DNA of 62,202 nt, counting the filler, from Choristocarpus tenellus KU-1152 (taxonomy: Eukaryota > Protista > Phaeophyceae), in the NCBI GenBank assembly GCA_964200185.2. It is 13 parts of 13 records of this genome, joined end to end, with 100 filler letters (N's around TTAATTAATTAA, not from the genome) between each part and the next. Parts side by side here need not be neighbours in the genome. Positions count along the whole stretch, not along the records: positions 59,332 to 62,202 come from CAXNAD020024044.1; 12 more parts are not named here. One strand, 5' to 3'. Below are positions 59,332 through 62,202 of this stretch, in pieces. The position numbers were made by a program, and so were the translations under genes. The number at the start of each line of letters is the position of its first letter. The stretch's first letter is position 1. The notes beneath the pieces were generated by a model that saw only the letters and a list, made by a program, of their open reading frames with translations, searched no databases and had not been told where the DNA came from.

Positions 59332-60214
59332 GCATGCAATACCCCATAAAATCAGAAATATTTCCTTTTATATGAGCTTTATTCTCATTCAACTAATCAC
59401 TAGTAAAAGGTTCTGATAACTCAACCACTAATTGATTGTTCTGTTACTCCACACATATTTTTCCGTAAATGTCCGATAGAGTTGGAAGAGTCTAATCGAA
59501 CACACCATAGTCAAGAACACCGCAGTACATGATGTAGCATCATGGGCACGTCCTCCACATTTGGTGCAAATGCGGTTTGGGCAAGCTGTCTTCTCATGTC
59601 CATGCTTTCCACGTCTCTCACAAGGAATCTTCTCCGCACGTTTTGGGTTGGAAATAGAACTATTTTTTTTTTCTTACACCATTAAATTTACGTTCGGCCC
59701 CGAGACCTTGGTCGTTGCGATGAGACTGACTCTTCCCTTGTGGTGAGCTGTTAAAAACCAAAGCATGGCTGTTCTTGTGTCTTGAGTCCTTCCCCTGATG
59801 AAGGGAGGCATATTGCTCTCTAGCAGTTTTCTCTACGTCTGCTCGACATAGTGTTCTCTGCGAGGCCATCACGCGTATCTCGGTAACGTAATCTGATCCG
59901 AGAGCACTCAGGAACTGTAGGAGCAGCAGCTTGTCCGGGATGACCGTTAATGTATCTCCCAAATCATCAAGGAGGATAAAGGTGATAAACCCAGCGCGAG
60001 ATTGCTTGGTGTCTGTGGAGTGAATTGATTAAAGTTAAATGGGGCATGCAGCACCCCATAAAATCAGAAATATTTCCTTTTATAGGAGAGTTTTTCTCAT
60101 ACAACTAATCACTAATAAAAGGTTCTGATAACTCGACCACTAATTCGTTGTTCCTGTACTCCATATATGCTTTACGGTAACTGTCCAATAGAGTTGGAAG
60201 AGTCTAATCGAACA
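59332..60214 (-). mobile_element. Ty1/copia remnant: two ~200-bp LTR-like direct repeats flanking a gag fragment
   Basis: Direct repeats 59332-59502 and 60014-60214 (minus strand TGTTCGATT...CA). Between them the sequence reads LDDLGDT...LQFLSALGSDY... with knuckles CERRGKHGHEKTAC and CTKCGGRAHDATSC. Confidence 0.75.
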
Positions 60215-60899
60215 AACATGGCTTGATTAGGACCAGAAGAATTGGGGATTCCTTAAATGTGGATACAAGAAGAGTGATAAAGCTCTACATACATCTTGCA
60301 CGCCTTTCCTAGATCATTGCACCTCGTAACTCACCGAGTGGGAACGGCTGGGAATGAAGCGAAGGGCAAGAGGAAGAAGTGAGTTTAAGTGGGGTGGGAA
60401 TACTCTGATAAGAGGAGGTGAGAGGTATGGTGCATCTCTTTTCAAACAGGCAACAAATTACCCTTCCTTTCCTATCTGTCCTGTCCTTTCGTGTATTGCA
60501 CACTGGGTGGTATGGCCTGTGGTCGAACGGTGGAGACAAGAAGGCAACAACACTGCAATAAAATGCAATAGTATGTAAGGACATATGCATGATGAAAAGC
60601 ACTGAAGGAAGAAAAAAATAAAGAGAAAGAACTGAAGGGGTAAATCGCAAAGAGAACTCAGGTGAAATACACAAGTACATAATAGTTGGAATTGGGAGGT
60701 CAGTATCGTTGACACACATCGCCAGGTTCTATGGGAAAGAGGGGAATGGAGATTAATTTCAGAGTCACACCAGATTAATTCAATCCGAAACACCATCACA
60801 TGTCACACAAAGGAAAGAAAGGAAAGAGGGAAATGATGATAGAAGAATAATTAACCCGTAAGAGAAAAACGATGAAAAAGCAGCATTCAGCAAACAATG

Positions 60900-62183
60900 G
60901 TGAGTGTAAATGTGCCCTCATCCGCTTTGGCTGCCTTAGGTGCTGCTTTAACCCGACATACATCAGATATCACAGCTTTCTTGGAATATCACATGGTTTT
61001 CAACTTCGTTGTGCTGTCAATCATGCACCTGCACCACCTGTGTTGATTTGATGTGCTTGAGGTCTATCCCTCAACTGTGTTCTCAAACTTCTCAAGGTCG
61101 CCTTGAAGGTAGGCACACCTATCAGTTCTTCTCCTATCCACTATCCTTTCGTTTTCCATCTGCTCGCTCCCTATACGTTGAGTTGTTTGGAAGTTGTTCA
61201 TCCCAGTGTTGCCTTGATACTATCACACCCAGTCTTTGCAAGGGTTAGCTTTGTAGGACAACGATAGTATGTGATTGGTGCATTCCTACTTGCGAAATCT
61301 TAAGGGATGAAAAAGGAGTTGTGGTGGGAGCGAAGCTTCGTATAGTGGACCTGAAGGAGTGTCCATGTCATTCAACCATTTAACAGAACCGCAAGTGCTA
61401 CACCTATGGTCCTGCCATACAGCTCTTGGCTATACTTTCGAAAACAGCCCCAGTCTTTTTGGAACTGGCAACGGATCTTGGCGGTGGCATCAGATTCATG
61501 ACTAGTGGGGCCTCCAAGGTAAACAAACTTGTCAATCTTCCTGTAGTACTACCCCACTGCTCGGATCTGCATTATGTCTGTGGCCTTATTTGGAGGCAGA
61601 AGGCACATGATCTTTGTCTTCAACTCGGACACAAACTCAATTCGAATGATCTGGTCACCTTTGCAATCACTATAAATATCTGACATGTCCTACCTCCCTT
61701 TTGTCTCTTCATCGACGAGACAAAGCAAACCTTGTGTTCCCTTAGCCACCTGCGCCTGAGCTGTGACTGATCAAACTGCTCGATAACTTCTGTGTACCTG
61801 AAAGTGGCGATTGCAACGCAGGAGATCACAAAAAATGTAGTGAGAGCAACAACGGATAACCAGAGTGAGTGTGTGAATAGGAGGGTGGAGCCTACTCTAC
61901 AGAAAATCGAGATGAATAGAACACACAACAGTAATGCTGACAGCACCCCCGTGCATTATCTTGAGGTCTTCCCCTCATTATAGGGAGGCTCTGAGGTCAT
62001 GGTCTGAGGCACAGGTCATTGGTGAGACCCAGTGGACACAGTGAGGCAGCCCGCACTCTTGCCTAGCCTCAAGGTTGTAAAGATAGACCCTGGAGCCACG
62101 CACTTGAGTACAGGCCATTGATGCGAACCTGCACAGACAGTAAGGCGACCACACTATGTTACAGGGTGGAAGTCTCGATAAGA
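60900..62183 (-). mobile_element. Decayed RTE-clade LINE, RT C-terminal fragment
   Basis: Minus strand VSELKTKIMCL...KFVYLGG...DWGCFRKYSQELYGR, with an upstream degenerate GLRQGC-like ARQEC. Confidence 0.75.
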
Positions 62184-62202
62184 GACCCAAAGTATCTGGG
62201 GG
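62184..62202 (-). mobile_element. MITE family A terminus at window end
   Basis: GACCCAAAGTATCTGGGGG. Confidence 0.8.

Noticed and set aside
1076-62202. Recurring palindromic repeats as a CRISPR-like or REP array
   Set aside because: Copies are dispersed, 180-260 bp long, in both orientations and have TSDs. There are no regular spacers and no cas genes.

Overview
This window is not one locus. It is 13 short eukaryotic contigs joined by artificial 100-bp linkers (N44-TTAATTAATTAA-N44), so adjacency across linkers has no biological meaning. The DNA is intron- and transposon-rich and looks like a photosynthetic stramenopile, most likely a brown alga or close relative (inferred from the gene families, TTAGGG repeats and an RRLQ propeptide motif). 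Five spliced host-gene fragments could be reconstructed by hand: a metzincin (reprolysin/peptidyl-Asp-like) protease with a C-terminal CBM32/F5-8-like domain, the last exon of a HECT E3 ligase, an internal part of TRRAP/Tra1, the 3' half of a CesA/CSL GT2 glycan synthase, and the 5' half of TFIIH p44 (GTF2H2/SSL1). The rest is mostly decayed retroelements (Ty3/gypsy, Ty1/copia, RTE and CRE non-LTR) and about 20 copies of two MITE families. The most striking unexplained structure is in those MITEs. Their interiors differ, yet both families share bipartite ends (AAAGTATCT-spacer-GTCCATTTG) with a short spacer (16-19 bp) at one end and a long spacer (24-27 bp) at the other, plus 4-bp target duplications. 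This asymmetry is reminiscent of the RAG 12/23 rule. No rRNA, tRNA, CRISPR array or prokaryotic operon was seen. All family calls come from motif recognition by eye, not from database searches.
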